Virus record (IMG/VR): IMGVR_UViG_3300027659_000102
Coordinates: 1 to 36,068 of that record
DNA from: a virus
Lineage: Duplodnaviria; Caudoviricetes
Length of the DNA: 36,068 bases
Strand: one strand, 5' to 3'
Below the pieces are notes generated by a model. That model searched no databases. It was not told where the DNA came from and saw nothing but the letters and a program-made list of their open reading frames with translations. Position numbers and translations under genes: made by a program. Positions 17,076 to 27,000 of the stretch are shown in pieces (within the stretch, counting starts at the first letter, position 1; every line of letters begins with the position of its first letter).

Positions 17076-18061
17076 TATTTGTTTCCTTTGATAGATTCCA
17101 AAATTTCATCTGCATTCAATTTCTTGATTGTTGCAATTGAAAAACCACGCTCTGTATTGATTGCTTTTGTGATTTTCTTATTGCCTTCATTTATCATTCC
17201 GACACCTTCCATAATCATTGCCATTGTTGTTGCACTGATTTTCTTTCCTGCTCTTGTCTCAAATGATGCTGCAACAGGTGCTGTTGGTTCTGCTGTTGCT
17301 GGTTCTGGTTCAACCTGTGGTTCAACTTCTGCTGTTGCATCGGGATTCAAAATTGCCATGACTTTTTCTGCCATTGCAACTGTTCCTTCTTCTGCTGCTT
17401 GTGTTGCCAATGTTTCATCAATTGCCAATTCCTCTTTCAAGAATAGCAATGCTGCTTCCTTGATAACAGGCAACAATTGATCTTCGATTGCAACAACTTG
17501 TTCAGGTGTTAACATTCTCTTGATTCCAATTTGTTTCAAAATTTGTTTGTATGTTTTTTGCTGCTGATTCTCAAATGTTTTCTTAATCAATGCATCCCTA
17601 TTTGCAGGGATTGTCACAACACTAAATTCAACCAATTCTGATTTGGTATATGTCGTAACTTTTTCGCCATCTATATTTTGTTCTGTTTGTTCAATCGGAA
17701 TGATGCCAACGGAAACTGCACTGACAAAACCATTCTTAATTTTGTCATTGACTTTGATTGCCTTTTCATCATTCATATCCAATTGTATTGTTGCTTCTAA
17801 ATTTTCACCATTCAGGAAAAATCCTAAGCATTTCCCAATTGGCAAATAGTCTGATTTGTGGTTGATAAGCACAACAGGATTGTTCATGTATGCTGAATAG
17901 TCTATGCCTGATGGCACAATGATGGTGCCGTATCTATCCACATCAGGTGTGCTGATTGTGAATGACCATATGCCATCATCTTTTGGTTCCATTCCTTCCA
18001 TCTCATAATCTTCGCCATTGCGCTTTATAAGATTGAATTCACGGTGAATAATATTACTCAT
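17075..18061 (-). CDS. HK97-type prohead protease with C-terminal extension
   Basis: DRYGTII, NPVVLINH, AVSVGIIP and ELVEFSVVTIPANRDA; start moved to ATG 18061 (AAGGA RBS). Confidence 0.92.
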   Translation of the reverse strand: MSNIIHREFNLIKRNGEDYEMEGMEPKDDGIWSFTISTPDVDRYGTIIVPSGIDYSAYMNNPVVLINHKSDYLPIGKCLGFFLNGENLEATIQLDMNDEKAIKVNDKIKNGFVSAVSVGIIPIEQTEQNIDGEKVTTYTKSELVEFSVVTIPANRDALIKKTFENQQQKTYKQILKQIGIKRMLTPEQVVAIEDQLLPVIKEAALLFLKEELAIDETLATQAAEEGTVAMAEKVMAILNPDATAEVEPQVEPEPATAEPTAPVAASFETRAGKKISATTMAMIMEGVGMINEGNKKITKAINTERGFSIATIKKLNADEILESIKGNK

Positions 18062-18084
18062 TTGTATTCCTTTGTTTTGTTTTG

Positions 18085-20121
18085 TTATTGCACGGGAAAT
18101 AGATAACATCTGCACCTAACTACATTTGATGCCTTGACTGTTGTGCCACCTTGCGATTCTCCTGCAGGTCTGTCAATCAATGAACCATCATCAAATTTAA
18201 ACCAACCAAGCTCATTTTCAATTTGTCCATCAATTGCCTTGTGTGATGGTCTGACTTTTCCATCCCTTTGTGAATTCCACATTGATTTGACTTTGAAAGA
18301 TTTGAATACCGTCTTTTGTGTGCCTGTCGTCACTGATGTTGCCGTTGTCTGTGCAATCATTTGGACACGGGATGTTGAAAGTGTTTTGAATTCCCTTTGC
18401 AATATTTCTTCAATCACTTCCTTTGGCTGCGTTGCATTCTCTGCAATAGTTTCAATCACATCTTGTTTTATCAAGTCCATTGAATCCGAAACTGATGCAA
18501 CAATCTTTGAATTCAATTCCCTTGACATTGATTGCAATTGCTGTCCAAGTTCACCTGTCAAATCCTCTTTGCCCATTGAAAAATCTTTCAACACTTTTTG
18601 TGTAATTGTATCAACTGATTCATTCACGACTTTTTGCAATTGCTGCTGTTGGTTTGCATTCAATCCATAAGATACAACAGGGTCCTGACCATTGTCAATT
18701 GCATTCATCGTTTCTTGATTGAATTCATTGACAAAAGATTTGACTATGATTCCCAATTTTCCTGATATACTTTGTGACATTTCATCATATTGTCTCCATG
18801 ATTCAGCTCTTGCCTCTGCTGTTTGCATAGGGAATGACCGTGGCACAATACTCATTTTTGCCCCCTGCAATGACTTCTGTTGAACGGAAACAGGTTTTGG
18901 CATATTCACTACCGTATCAATGGGAACTAAGCCATTGACAAGCATTGGAACATCGCCACCGTTTATTGCATCATATCCTCTTTCACGTCTTGCATCATTG
19001 ATAGTTTTGATGCCATATTTCAATTCAAATTCTTCCTGCTTGATTTGACTTTCAACATCAGCAAATTCATATGGCTGTGCTTGAATCAATACATCATTTT
19101 CAAATCTTCTGAAATGCCTTGTCAATTCTTCTGCAATATACATTGCAACAGGGTCAATTGTTTGCTGTCTGAATACTGCATATTGCACTTCCGCTGTTGC
19201 CCTGTTTTGGAATTCACCTGTGAGCATTCCCGATGGCACCCCAAACACCTGTGCAATCTGTGACCTCACATCCTTTGAAACGGAATCATATGAAATACCA
19301 ATTTGCATTTCAGGTGGCAATGACATATTGAGTCCACCCGATAACAATGCTCTCAATTTGTAATTTGGCAGGGCTTCATTCCATTGCTCTTTCAATGATT
19401 GCCATAATTCAGCATCAACATTTTCTGATGATGTTACAACCAATGGTGGAACCGCATTATTTGCAAACAATCTTTGTAAGTAGTCCGATACCTCACCATC
19501 AATTTGTGCATATGGCAAAACAGCCGAAACAAGACCGCGTCCAAATATGTTCATGCCAATAAGTTCATCAGGTTTTGATGATGATGGAAATATATTTGCA
19601 ATGTGGCATATTTCATTTTCAGGAATTTCAAATGCACCATCATTTGCGGATTGATACACATATTTCTTGATGAAATTATCACCACCCCTAACAACTCGCA
19701 TTCTAGTAGGATTCAGCACCCACATTTGCAATGGCACATCATGCCCCATTGTTGGTGTCCATAGGAAAACATTTCCATTCACATCATACCAATTTGAAAT
19801 TCCTTTCATGATTTGTGATGTGGTGAAATATGGATTTGGATTTGACAAAAGTCTATTGATCCAATGACTGTTTGCAAGTTCCTCTTTTTCCCAATTCAAT
19901 TCCCTGAATGATTCCATGTCAACAGACATTAATCCGTTGGCTCTCATTTGCAAACATGCGAAAACAGTGCCATAAGCCGACACAGTCAATTCATTTCCTG
20001 ATGTTTGACTTGTCATGCCTCTGCCATCATTCAGGTATGCTATTGGTGGTTTATTGCGTTTTTCAGCAACTCCACCTGCAATGAATTTGACTCTTTCAAG
20101 AATGTTGTTGTAAAGTGACAT
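18085..20121 (-). CDS. Portal protein (HK97 family) fused to a MuF/SPP1 gp7-like head morphogenesis domain
   Basis: Portal motifs VFACLQMRA, GNVFLW, IAQVFGVP, TINDARRERG; MuF motifs RVQMIAQT, WNSQRDGKVRPSH..DG, RCRC. Confidence 0.92.
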   Translation of the reverse strand: MSLYNNILERVKFIAGGVAEKRNKPPIAYLNDGRGMTSQTSGNELTVSAYGTVFACLQMRANGLMSVDMESFRELNWEKEELANSHWINRLLSNPNPYFTTSQIMKGISNWYDVNGNVFLWTPTMGHDVPLQMWVLNPTRMRVVRGGDNFIKKYVYQSANDGAFEIPENEICHIANIFPSSSKPDELIGMNIFGRGLVSAVLPYAQIDGEVSDYLQRLFANNAVPPLVVTSSENVDAELWQSLKEQWNEALPNYKLRALLSGGLNMSLPPEMQIGISYDSVSKDVRSQIAQVFGVPSGMLTGEFQNRATAEVQYAVFRQQTIDPVAMYIAEELTRHFRRFENDVLIQAQPYEFADVESQIKQEEFELKYGIKTINDARRERGYDAINGGDVPMLVNGLVPIDTVVNMPKPVSVQQKSLQGAKMSIVPRSFPMQTAEARAESWRQYDEMSQSISGKLGIIVKSFVNEFNQETMNAIDNGQDPVVSYGLNANQQQQLQKVVNESVDTITQKVLKDFSMGKEDLTGELGQQLQSMSRELNSKIVASVSDSMDLIKQDVIETIAENATQPKEVIEEILQREFKTLSTSRVQMIAQTTATSVTTGTQKTVFKSFKVKSMWNSQRDGKVRPSHKAIDGQIENELGWFKFDDGSLIDRPAGESQGGTTVKASNVVRCRCYLFPVQ

Positions 20122-20131
20122 TATTCAAATC

Positions 20132-21286
20132 CTATACATGTACTGATGGTGTTTTTCTAATTGCACTGAATGCCATTGACAAGGCATCAATCATATCATC
20201 ATGCCTGTCTTGTTTCGTGCCCGTAAATGATAACAATTCATCTGTGAATTCAGGCATCAAATGTGGCACATGATATACAAGCCCTCTTTCATATTTCGCT
20301 TCAATCGGTTGGAATCTTATCATCTTGTCTTTTGTTGATGGAATGCCAATCACATTCATTCTTGTGTTCCTTTTGAGTTCCTGTACCAACCATGCCTGTG
20401 CCTGATTCGATTCAATCGCAACAACCTTTGGTTTCCACTTGTTTTCCATTTGCACAATCTTTTCACCAATTTCAACAAATGACCATCTGCCACGAATCAC
20501 ATCCACAATCACAATTTCCTTTTTCGCTGTAATGCCAATGACACAAATTGCCGTGTAATCTGCATTCTCTTTTTCACTGATTGCCAAATCAACACCAATA
20601 TAATACGCCTGTGGTTCCAATACATTTGATATCCTAATCCATTCTCTTTTGACTTTTGCTGCATCCCTGTCAACATATTCTGCCAAGTATTCCTGTGCAA
20701 AAACAATTGATGGCAATATTGATTTTTGCCTTTCAATTTCATCAGCATCCATCAATGGATTTTCATATGTTGAATAATGAAAGGACTTCCAATCATCATA
20801 TGAATTTTCAAAATTGTCAAGGTGGTGAAAATGATTTTTTCCTTTTGGTGTTGAAAAGAAATATGCATCACCTTTGTAATCAGTGAGCATAGGGCTTAAC
20901 ACAAAGTTCCAATCATCTTCTGCATTCTCACAATGTGCCCACTCATCACAAATCATCCTATGATACTTGTTGCCTCTCAATGCATCAGCACGCCAAATGC
21001 CCTTCAAATTCAGGATTGATTCACCAAGTCTTATTTCGCCTTGTTTGCATTCGGCACCAAGTTTCAAAAACATCTGCTGTGCTTCCTGCTCTCTACCTTT
21101 GAGTTCCTCATTCGATGGTGCCGTGTATAGCACTTTGCTTCCTTTGTGCTCAACCATTGTTTCAAGTGCTAAAGCAAATGCCAATGTTGATTTTCCCCAT
21201 CTCCTGCCACATCGAATAGTGTTGAACCTTTTGCGCTGTTCAATCACTTGCCTTTGTGTTTTGTGCAATGAAACATCAACCTGCAT
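20132..21286 (-). CDS. terL: Terminase large subunit
   Basis: Walker A CGRRWGKS, Walker B MICDEWA, FSTPKG, FAQEYLAEY; nuclease motifs IGVDLA and HDDMIDAL. Confidence 0.95.
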   Translation of the reverse strand: MQVDVSLHKTQRQVIEQRKRFNTIRCGRRWGKSTLAFALALETMVEHKGSKVLYTAPSNEELKGREQEAQQMFLKLGAECKQGEIRLGESILNLKGIWRADALRGNKYHRMICDEWAHCENAEDDWNFVLSPMLTDYKGDAYFFSTPKGKNHFHHLDNFENSYDDWKSFHYSTYENPLMDADEIERQKSILPSIVFAQEYLAEYVDRDAAKVKREWIRISNVLEPQAYYIGVDLAISEKENADYTAICVIGITAKKEIVIVDVIRGRWSFVEIGEKIVQMENKWKPKVVAIESNQAQAWLVQELKRNTRMNVIGIPSTKDKMIRFQPIEAKYERGLVYHVPHLMPEFTDELLSFTGTKQDRHDDMIDALSMAFSAIRKTPSVHV

Positions 21287-21638
21287 TCAAATCATTCCAT
21301 TTGATAACAAGTGCATCTTTGTCTTGCTTCTGCTCTCTTGGTGTGCCTGATAATCGTGCTGCTTCATCATCCGTTGCAATGAGTTTCATCAATGCAACTT
21401 GCAATGTGGCGTTGTCCGATTGATACCACTTTTTGCGCATGTTTGACTTCATGCTGATTCTGTTTTTGTCAAGCAATCTTTTTATATCGTGTAATTCGTC
21501 ACATTCAGGTGTGAACCATAGATAAAAAGTTTTCTTGCTTATTGGCAATAATCCAACAACATCATCAATGAAAATCAAGTGATGTTTTTCAATCAATTCC
21601 AATGCATCTTTCAATATTTTCTTTTTGTCGTATGCCAT
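21276..21638 (-). CDS. terS: Terminase small subunit (putative)
   Basis: 120 aa, overlaps terL; HTH-like ISKKTFYLW; C-terminal LVIKW strand. Confidence 0.75.
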   Translation of the reverse strand: MAYDKKKILKDALELIEKHHLIFIDDVVGLLPISKKTFYLWFTPECDELHDIKRLLDKNRISMKSNMRKKWYQSDNATLQVALMKLIATDDEAARLSGTPREQKQDKDALVIKWNDLNAG

Positions 21639-22888
21639 TATTTCTTGTATGCTTTTCCGTTGATTTTGACAGGCAATTCAGGAAACGCTTTCATCATTCT
21701 GTCAATTATCACTTGACAATACTTTGTGTCTAATTCCATACCATAGCAAATGCGATTCAATTGCTGTGATGCAACCATTGTTGTGCCTGAACCGCAAAAG
21801 GGTTCAATCACAATATCTCTTTCATCTGTGATTGCTTTGATATATTCAGCAGGCAACTCAATCGGGAATGTTGCAGGATGATGTGCAAGTACGTCGCCTT
21901 TTTCAACATGAGAAATGAAAACAGATTCCATTTCTTTGTTCACACCTTGATAGCCAATCGATGATTCTTTCATTGTGCCATCTGCTTGTCTTACCTTCCT
22001 TTTGTGTGTTCTGTTTTCGCTGCTTCGTTCCCATGTTCTGTTGATGTGCTTGAATTCTTTTCCAAACACAAATATGAATTCATGATATATGGGAATGAAT
22101 GCTGATTGCTGTCCAACGGAAACTGTTGTTTTTTTCCATACATTCCATGATAGGAATTTATATCCACATGCACGAGCGTTATTGATGTAGTCATCCCAAT
22201 ACTGAACAATGTCATTGTCTTTTCTTTGAATGCCAAGATTGACAACCTGATATTCAGCATATTCATAATATGTGGGGATGAATTCGCTGATATGGTCAAC
22301 TGTCAAATCCTTATTGCCATTGTATGTTCTCATGTCTGAATATGGTGGGGATGTGAAAAGCAATTCAGCATGTTTGCCGTTCATCAACTTTGCAACTGCA
22401 TCTGAATCTGTTGAATCACCACAAAGCAATCTATGCTCACCAATTTCAATCAAATCACCAAGCACAACATCAGAATGAATTTCATCAGGCATTTCATACT
22501 CATCATCAACTGCATCCAAGGTTTCAACATCAACATTCACAGGCAATTCAAGTCCCCAATCTTGCAATTCAATTGCATCCCATTCATTTGCCAATTGTTC
22601 ATGATTCCATTCACCAAATGAAACATTGTCTTTGATGATGAATTCTTTTTGCTTTTGTTCATCCCAATCAACAATTTCAACATCAATTTCCTTGATGCCT
22701 GCTGATTGCAATGCCTTCAGTCTCATATTGCCACCAAGCACAATCATGTCAGGTGTGCATACCAATTTACGCACTGATAACATTTCAGGGAATTCCTGAA
22801 TACTTTTGACAAGTTTCTTGAATTGTTCATCCCGAATCACTCTTGGATTGTTTGGATTTGCTTTGATGTCTTTGATCTTTACTTTCAT
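21638..22888 (-). CDS. ParB-like N-terminal domain fused to a beta-class N4-C/N6-A DNA methyltransferase
   Basis: IKANPNNPR..VLGGNMRLKAL (ParB); HRLLCGDS, FTSPPY, HPATFP and EPFCGSGTT (MTase); start moved to ATG 22888. Confidence 0.92.
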   Translation of the reverse strand: MKVKIKDIKANPNNPRVIRDEQFKKLVKSIQEFPEMLSVRKLVCTPDMIVLGGNMRLKALQSAGIKEIDVEIVDWDEQKQKEFIIKDNVSFGEWNHEQLANEWDAIELQDWGLELPVNVDVETLDAVDDEYEMPDEIHSDVVLGDLIEIGEHRLLCGDSTDSDAVAKLMNGKHAELLFTSPPYSDMRTYNGNKDLTVDHISEFIPTYYEYAEYQVVNLGIQRKDNDIVQYWDDYINNARACGYKFLSWNVWKKTTVSVGQQSAFIPIYHEFIFVFGKEFKHINRTWERSSENRTHKRKVRQADGTMKESSIGYQGVNKEMESVFISHVEKGDVLAHHPATFPIELPAEYIKAITDERDIVIEPFCGSGTTMVASQQLNRICYGMELDTKYCQVIIDRMMKAFPELPVKINGKAYKK

Positions 22889-23364
22889 TTTGTTCCCAAT
22901 ATGCCTATTGTTATTCCTGCAATGAATGATGCCACTATCCATCCAAAATCTGTTCTGTCTTCTGTCTTGACTTTTTCCACCACTATTTCACGAAAAATAA
23001 TTGAATCAGGCCTTGGTTTCACAATCATGTGGAAAAATGATTCAGACAATGGATTGTGTGAAAATGCAACATTGATTGTATCACCTGTTGTTGTGATAAC
23101 TGAATCTGCCTGTGCAATGAATGCTGAATCACATGGCAATTGCTCTGTGACATACATTGTATCACGATAAGGTACCAAAATTGACTTGATGCGTACATCA
23201 GGTTTAACGAAAACCTCGCGGGGCTGTATTCTTACCTTTTCAATGGTATCGTGTCTTAGAATCAATTTGTGGCTGTTTTCTTGACATCCTTTGCCTATTA
23301 AGAATCCAAGTGCCAAAACACATGCCATCATGCCCAAAACTATCCAATGCATTTTGTCTGTCAT
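22885..23364 (-). CDS. Membrane protein, spanin-like
   Basis: N-terminal hydrophobic signal ending in Cys (FLIGKGC), beta-rich HDTI/RDTMYV/DSII segments and a C-terminal TM helix. Confidence 0.55.
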   Translation of the reverse strand: MTDKMHWIVLGMMACVLALGFLIGKGCQENSHKLILRHDTIEKVRIQPREVFVKPDVRIKSILVPYRDTMYVTEQLPCDSAFIAQADSVITTTGDTINVAFSHNPLSESFFHMIVKPRPDSIIFREIVVEKVKTEDRTDFGWIVASFIAGITIGILGTK

Positions 23365-24236
23365 CTTTTCACCTTCCCATCTTCAATCCTGATATTCTGA
23401 AATTCACCATCTTCATGAATGAATGCAAAACCATGATTGCTTTGTGAATATGGTGAATAACCTCTTTTGAGTTTTGACAATGTGCCAATGACATCAGCTC
23501 TCAAGAATTCGCCTTCCAATGTTTTCTTCTGAATTGTTTGTGTTCTATGCAAATGCCCCATGCATGTATTTGTCAATGTTTTGTTCATCAATGCAACAGC
23601 AGGATTTGCACCACCATTTACCTTAATTTCGTGTCCATGTGCAATCCATGTGCCATGACAAAACATCAATTGATTAGAGTCAACAAATTTGATGCCTTTT
23701 TTGTCTAATTCCAATAAAGACTGCCAAGTGATGATGCCTGCAAATTGATCTGCTTTTTCCTGAATGAAATGTTCCAATCTATCCTCATGATTGCCTACTT
23801 TGAAATAGATTTTTGCTTTTGGAAAAGTCATTCGCAAATTGTCAATGAAATTGCGTGCCATTTGCAATTCCGTTGTGAATTCAATATCATCTTTTCGCTT
23901 TGCCCATCTTGACAACTTATGAGCATCAACAGTATCACCATTCAATACAATGTTGTCCACTTTCAATTTGCGCAAATATTGAATGCATGCCCTGATTGCA
24001 TCAATGTCATGAAAACCCAAATGCACATCACAAATGATTGCCGTATTGCCTTCAATCACAACATGGTCACTGACTTCATCTTTGCCATCTTGCATATCAA
24101 TCAACCATTCAGGCAAATCATCAAATGAATCCGTTTGCAATCTGTGCCTGATAAGCATTTCCATTTCATCAGGTTTCAATCTGAATCTTTGATTGCCATC
24201 TTTTTCTCTGTTTCTATTTCGTGGTGAATCACTCAC
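23361..24236 (-). CDS. Calcineurin-like metallophosphoesterase
   Basis: DVH, GDTVD, GNHE, HGH and GHLH motifs in canonical order. Confidence 0.92.
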   Translation of the reverse strand: MSDSPRNRNREKDGNQRFRLKPDEMEMLIRHRLQTDSFDDLPEWLIDMQDGKDEVSDHVVIEGNTAIICDVHLGFHDIDAIRACIQYLRKLKVDNIVLNGDTVDAHKLSRWAKRKDDIEFTTELQMARNFIDNLRMTFPKAKIYFKVGNHEDRLEHFIQEKADQFAGIITWQSLLELDKKGIKFVDSNQLMFCHGTWIAHGHEIKVNGGANPAVALMNKTLTNTCMGHLHRTQTIQKKTLEGEFLRADVIGTLSKLKRGYSPYSQSNHGFAFIHEDGEFQNIRIEDGKVKR

Positions 24237-24399
24237 TAATTACACTTGCAAGAATGATTGATGCTGCATCCTCTTCCGTTCCATCAATTGGCGTTTCCGT
24301 ATTCCATAGATTGCCATTTTCATCAATGAATTTCCACAACATAACGGGAATATTTTCTTCGTTTATGGCTTCAGTATTTTTATAGAATGTTAGTTCCAT
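24229..24399 (-). CDS. Small acidic protein after the fibre gene (possible fibre chaperone), 56 aa
   Basis: Start moved to ATG 24399 (TAATG overlap with the fibre stop). Confidence 0.65.
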   Translation of the reverse strand: MELTFYKNTEAINEENIPVMLWKFIDENGNLWNTETPIDGTEEDAASIILASVISE

Positions 24400-25202
24400 T
24401 ATGCAACTTCCCAAATAATCATTTGACTTCCTTTCATCATTCTTATGCCTGTGTTTACCGATCCTGTTGCTTGTGCAAATAGCAATCGGACTGTGAAATC
24501 TGTTGACAATTTCAAACGCATAAACATAGTCTGTGGCCAAGGGATTAATGCTGTACTATTCATACTTGTCGCATTTGTCCCTTTTGCCCCATTTGCCAAA
24601 AAACCTGCAGAAAAAGCTTCGAACAACGAAACACCGCCTTCACTATTTCCCGCTATTCCAATTCCCATGCCTGGTGCATCAGTGGTGTTGGTTCTGCATG
24701 TTAACAACTTGAATTCAATGATATAAGATTTTCCACCTGTCAATGCTTGGAATAACTCATCATCATTTTGAACTGTTGTTGAATTAGTCACTGTCTCATC
24801 TGCTGTTTTTGTCACTACATAAGTAGGGGCTCCAAGGGCACCACCGCCACCGCCCGCGCTCAATGTTGTGCCTGTCAATGTCAATCCACTGCCAATTGTT
24901 ATTTCCTCAACATCACCTGCGCCTGCTGATGCTCTGCCAAGCAATGTTGATGTTGCTGACACATTCTGAATTTTTGCATATGTCACAGAATCATTGTCAA
25001 TTGTCCATGTGGCACCTGATGAACTTACTGTGATGTCACCTTTGTCGCCATCAGAAATGCCACCGCCAACAGCAACACCGCCCGCCGTGCTTCCATCACC
25101 AATGTACAATTGTTTTGTATCTGTTGTGAATATTGGTTCACCTTCTGCGGGTGTTATTGCTGTTCTGCCTGCATTGGTTCCGCGTCTTAATTTCAATGCC
25201 AT
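24399..25202 (-). CDS. Fibre protein with Mtd_N/hyaluronidase-type N-terminus
   Basis: LKLRRGT...AEGEPIFTTDTKQLYIGDG; DGDKGDITVS..TWTID..VTYAKIQNV fibre shaft motif; globular C-terminus. Confidence 0.85.
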   Translation of the reverse strand: MALKLRRGTNAGRTAITPAEGEPIFTTDTKQLYIGDGSTAGGVAVGGGISDGDKGDITVSSSGATWTIDNDSVTYAKIQNVSATSTLLGRASAGAGDVEEITIGSGLTLTGTTLSAGGGGGALGAPTYVVTKTADETVTNSTTVQNDDELFQALTGGKSYIIEFKLLTCRTNTTDAPGMGIGIAGNSEGGVSLFEAFSAGFLANGAKGTNATSMNSTALIPWPQTMFMRLKLSTDFTVRLLFAQATGSVNTGIRMMKGSQMIIWEVA

Positions 25203-25203
25203 T

Positions 25204-25464
25204 TCAAAATCCTCCCAAATCTAAATTGTATGATGATGGTGCATCAAATGTTCCAAAATCATAAAATGTGCCCAAATCAATATCACCACCTGCAACTGAT
25301 ATCCATGACAATGTTCCACTGCCATTTGTTGACAAAACTTGACCATTCGTGCCACCTGAAATCACCAACCTTGCAAGAGTAGTATTGATGTCATTTGAAC
25401 TATCAATTGTCTTTGATGAAAATACATTTGGCAACTGTCTATTGTTCAACTTTGTTTCAGGCAT
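25204..25464 (-). CDS. Small fibre-associated protein
   Basis: GTNGQVLSTNGSGTLSW fibre motif; C-terminal DLGTF/DFGTF/DLGGF repeats. Confidence 0.75.
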   Translation of the reverse strand: MPETKLNNRQLPNVFSSKTIDSSNDINTTLARLVISGGTNGQVLSTNGSGTLSWISVAGGDIDLGTFYDFGTFDAPSSYNLDLGGF

Positions 25465-25468
25465 ATTA

Positions 25469-26293
25469 TCACTTCATGTAATTTGCTTGCAAGACATCAC
25501 CGCTGACGGGTGCTGTTGTCATTGAAATTGTATTTGTTGACAATGTGTAATCATTGCCCGCTCCTGCTCTCAATAGTAAACCATTCAAATACAAACCAAG
25601 TGTGCTTGATGTTGGTGTGACACTGATTGTGAATGTTGTATTGCTTCCATCGATTGCACCTGATGGAATTTCACCAAACACAAAATTGGTTGGTGATAAT
25701 GTCCCTGCTGTGTCCTGTGCATATGTTACAGCTGTTGAACCTAATGTGCCACCCGTATTTGATGTACAAAAGAATCTTTTGTCACCATACAATGTGCCCT
25801 GATCAACATATACCAAAGTGCCTGTCAATTCATCCCATGCATCGGAATCCGTTGCCCTTGTCAATGCTGATGATGAACCATTGAAGACATAGATACCATT
25901 TTGACTTTGTGTTGACTGTTGCCATACCAACAATCTCTGCCCTGATGTCAATACATGGGAATCAAATGTATCTGTTGCAGGATTCGACAAATCAATATTG
26001 CCTGTTGTCGCTGCATGAACATTTCGATATTTGTATGCTGATGGCAATGCTGCAATCAATCCATCAACATATGATTTGGATGTTGCATCACCATTCGATG
26101 TTGGTGTGCCTACATTCACAACCTTTTGATTGTTTATGTCCAAATTTCCTGTCATTGCAATAGTGCCATCTTTCTTGATGAAATTTGCACCATCAGCCAA
26201 TTTGGATGTATCTATATTTGCGCCCGCTGCAATCTTCGCATTTGATATTGCACCGTCTCTAATTTGTCTTCCTGCAATTGTAGTTTCAGGCAT
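25469..26293 (-). CDS. Fibre/decoration protein
   Basis: GTPTSNGDATSKSYVD, GQRLLVWQQSTQSQNGIYV and C-terminal GEIPSGAIDGSNTTFT modules, common in phage fibres. Confidence 0.82.
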   Translation of the reverse strand: MPETTIAGRQIRDGAISNAKIAAGANIDTSKLADGANFIKKDGTIAMTGNLDINNQKVVNVGTPTSNGDATSKSYVDGLIAALPSAYKYRNVHAATTGNIDLSNPATDTFDSHVLTSGQRLLVWQQSTQSQNGIYVFNGSSSALTRATDSDAWDELTGTLVYVDQGTLYGDKRFFCTSNTGGTLGSTAVTYAQDTAGTLSPTNFVFGEIPSGAIDGSNTTFTISVTPTSSTLGLYLNGLLLRAGAGNDYTLSTNTISMTTAPVSGDVLQANYMK

Positions 26294-26299
26294 GATATA

Positions 26300-26662
26300 T
26301 TATCCCAATTTATAATTCAATCTTAAAATATCACCAACAACAGGTGCAACATTCAGAATGATTGTGTTTGTGCCCGTTGTGTAATAGTCAACACCATATG
26401 TTTGTATAGTGGAATTCAGAATCACATCCACAGTCAATGGTTCAAAGTTTTGCAATGATGTGAATGTGGCATTTTGTCCATTGATTGCACCCGTCGGTGT
26501 TTCACCAATTACTGATGATTCACCGCCCGTTGTCAATAGTGAATTTGTTTGCACAGTGATTGATTCAGCATTGACAAAAATGCTTTGAATATCATCTTGC
26601 AATTCAATTGTAATCTTTTCAGGATTTACAATAATATCAACACTATCATTGCTTATGCTCAT
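26300..26662 (-). CDS. Fibre-associated protein
   Basis: C-terminal GETPTGAINGQNATFT...APVVGDIL domain is paralogous to the C-terminus of 25469..26293. Confidence 0.75.
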   Translation of the reverse strand: MSISNDSVDIIVNPEKITIELQDDIQSIFVNAESITVQTNSLLTTGGESSVIGETPTGAINGQNATFTSLQNFEPLTVDVILNSTIQTYGVDYYTTGTNTIILNVAPVVGDILRLNYKLG

Positions 26663-27000
26663 GCCGTAACTGTGTCCACAATTTGAACATCACCACCCAA
26701 ATATCTTTTCACAGTTCCATTTGTCCATGCAATTTTGACATCATAGATTGCATTCTTTTGTGCTGTCAATGTTGCTGATGTTGATGCGCCTAATGACAAA
26801 ACAAATGCACCATTTGTTGCGGGGGCAGTCACAGTACAAACAAATGAAAACAGCACGGCATTGGATGATTTATCCCTGCACTGTGCTGTCAATGTTGCAT
26901 TTGTCAAATCAATTGCAGTTCCTGTTTTATCTTTCAATGCAACTGCCAATGCCAATGATTCATTTTTGTAAATTGTGATATTGTATCTGTCTCTTTTCAT
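26659..27000 (-). CDS. BppU N-terminal-like virion adaptor protein
   Basis: LKDKTGTAIDLTNAT, GAFVLSL, YDVKI and RYLGGDVQI pattern. Confidence 0.7.
   Translation of the reverse strand: MKRDRYNITIYKNESLALAVALKDKTGTAIDLTNATLTAQCRDKSSNAVLFSFVCTVTAPATNGAFVLSLGASTSATLTAQKNAIYDVKIAWTNGTVKRYLGGDVQIVDTVTA

Noticed and set aside
21638-22888. ParB domain as evidence for a plasmid-prophage partition system
   Set aside because: No ParA is seen; ParB-methyltransferase fusions next to terS are a common phage arrangement.
24399-25202. Diversity-generating retroelement suggested by the Mtd_N-like domain
   Set aside because: No reverse transcriptase and no TR/VR repeat pair seen.
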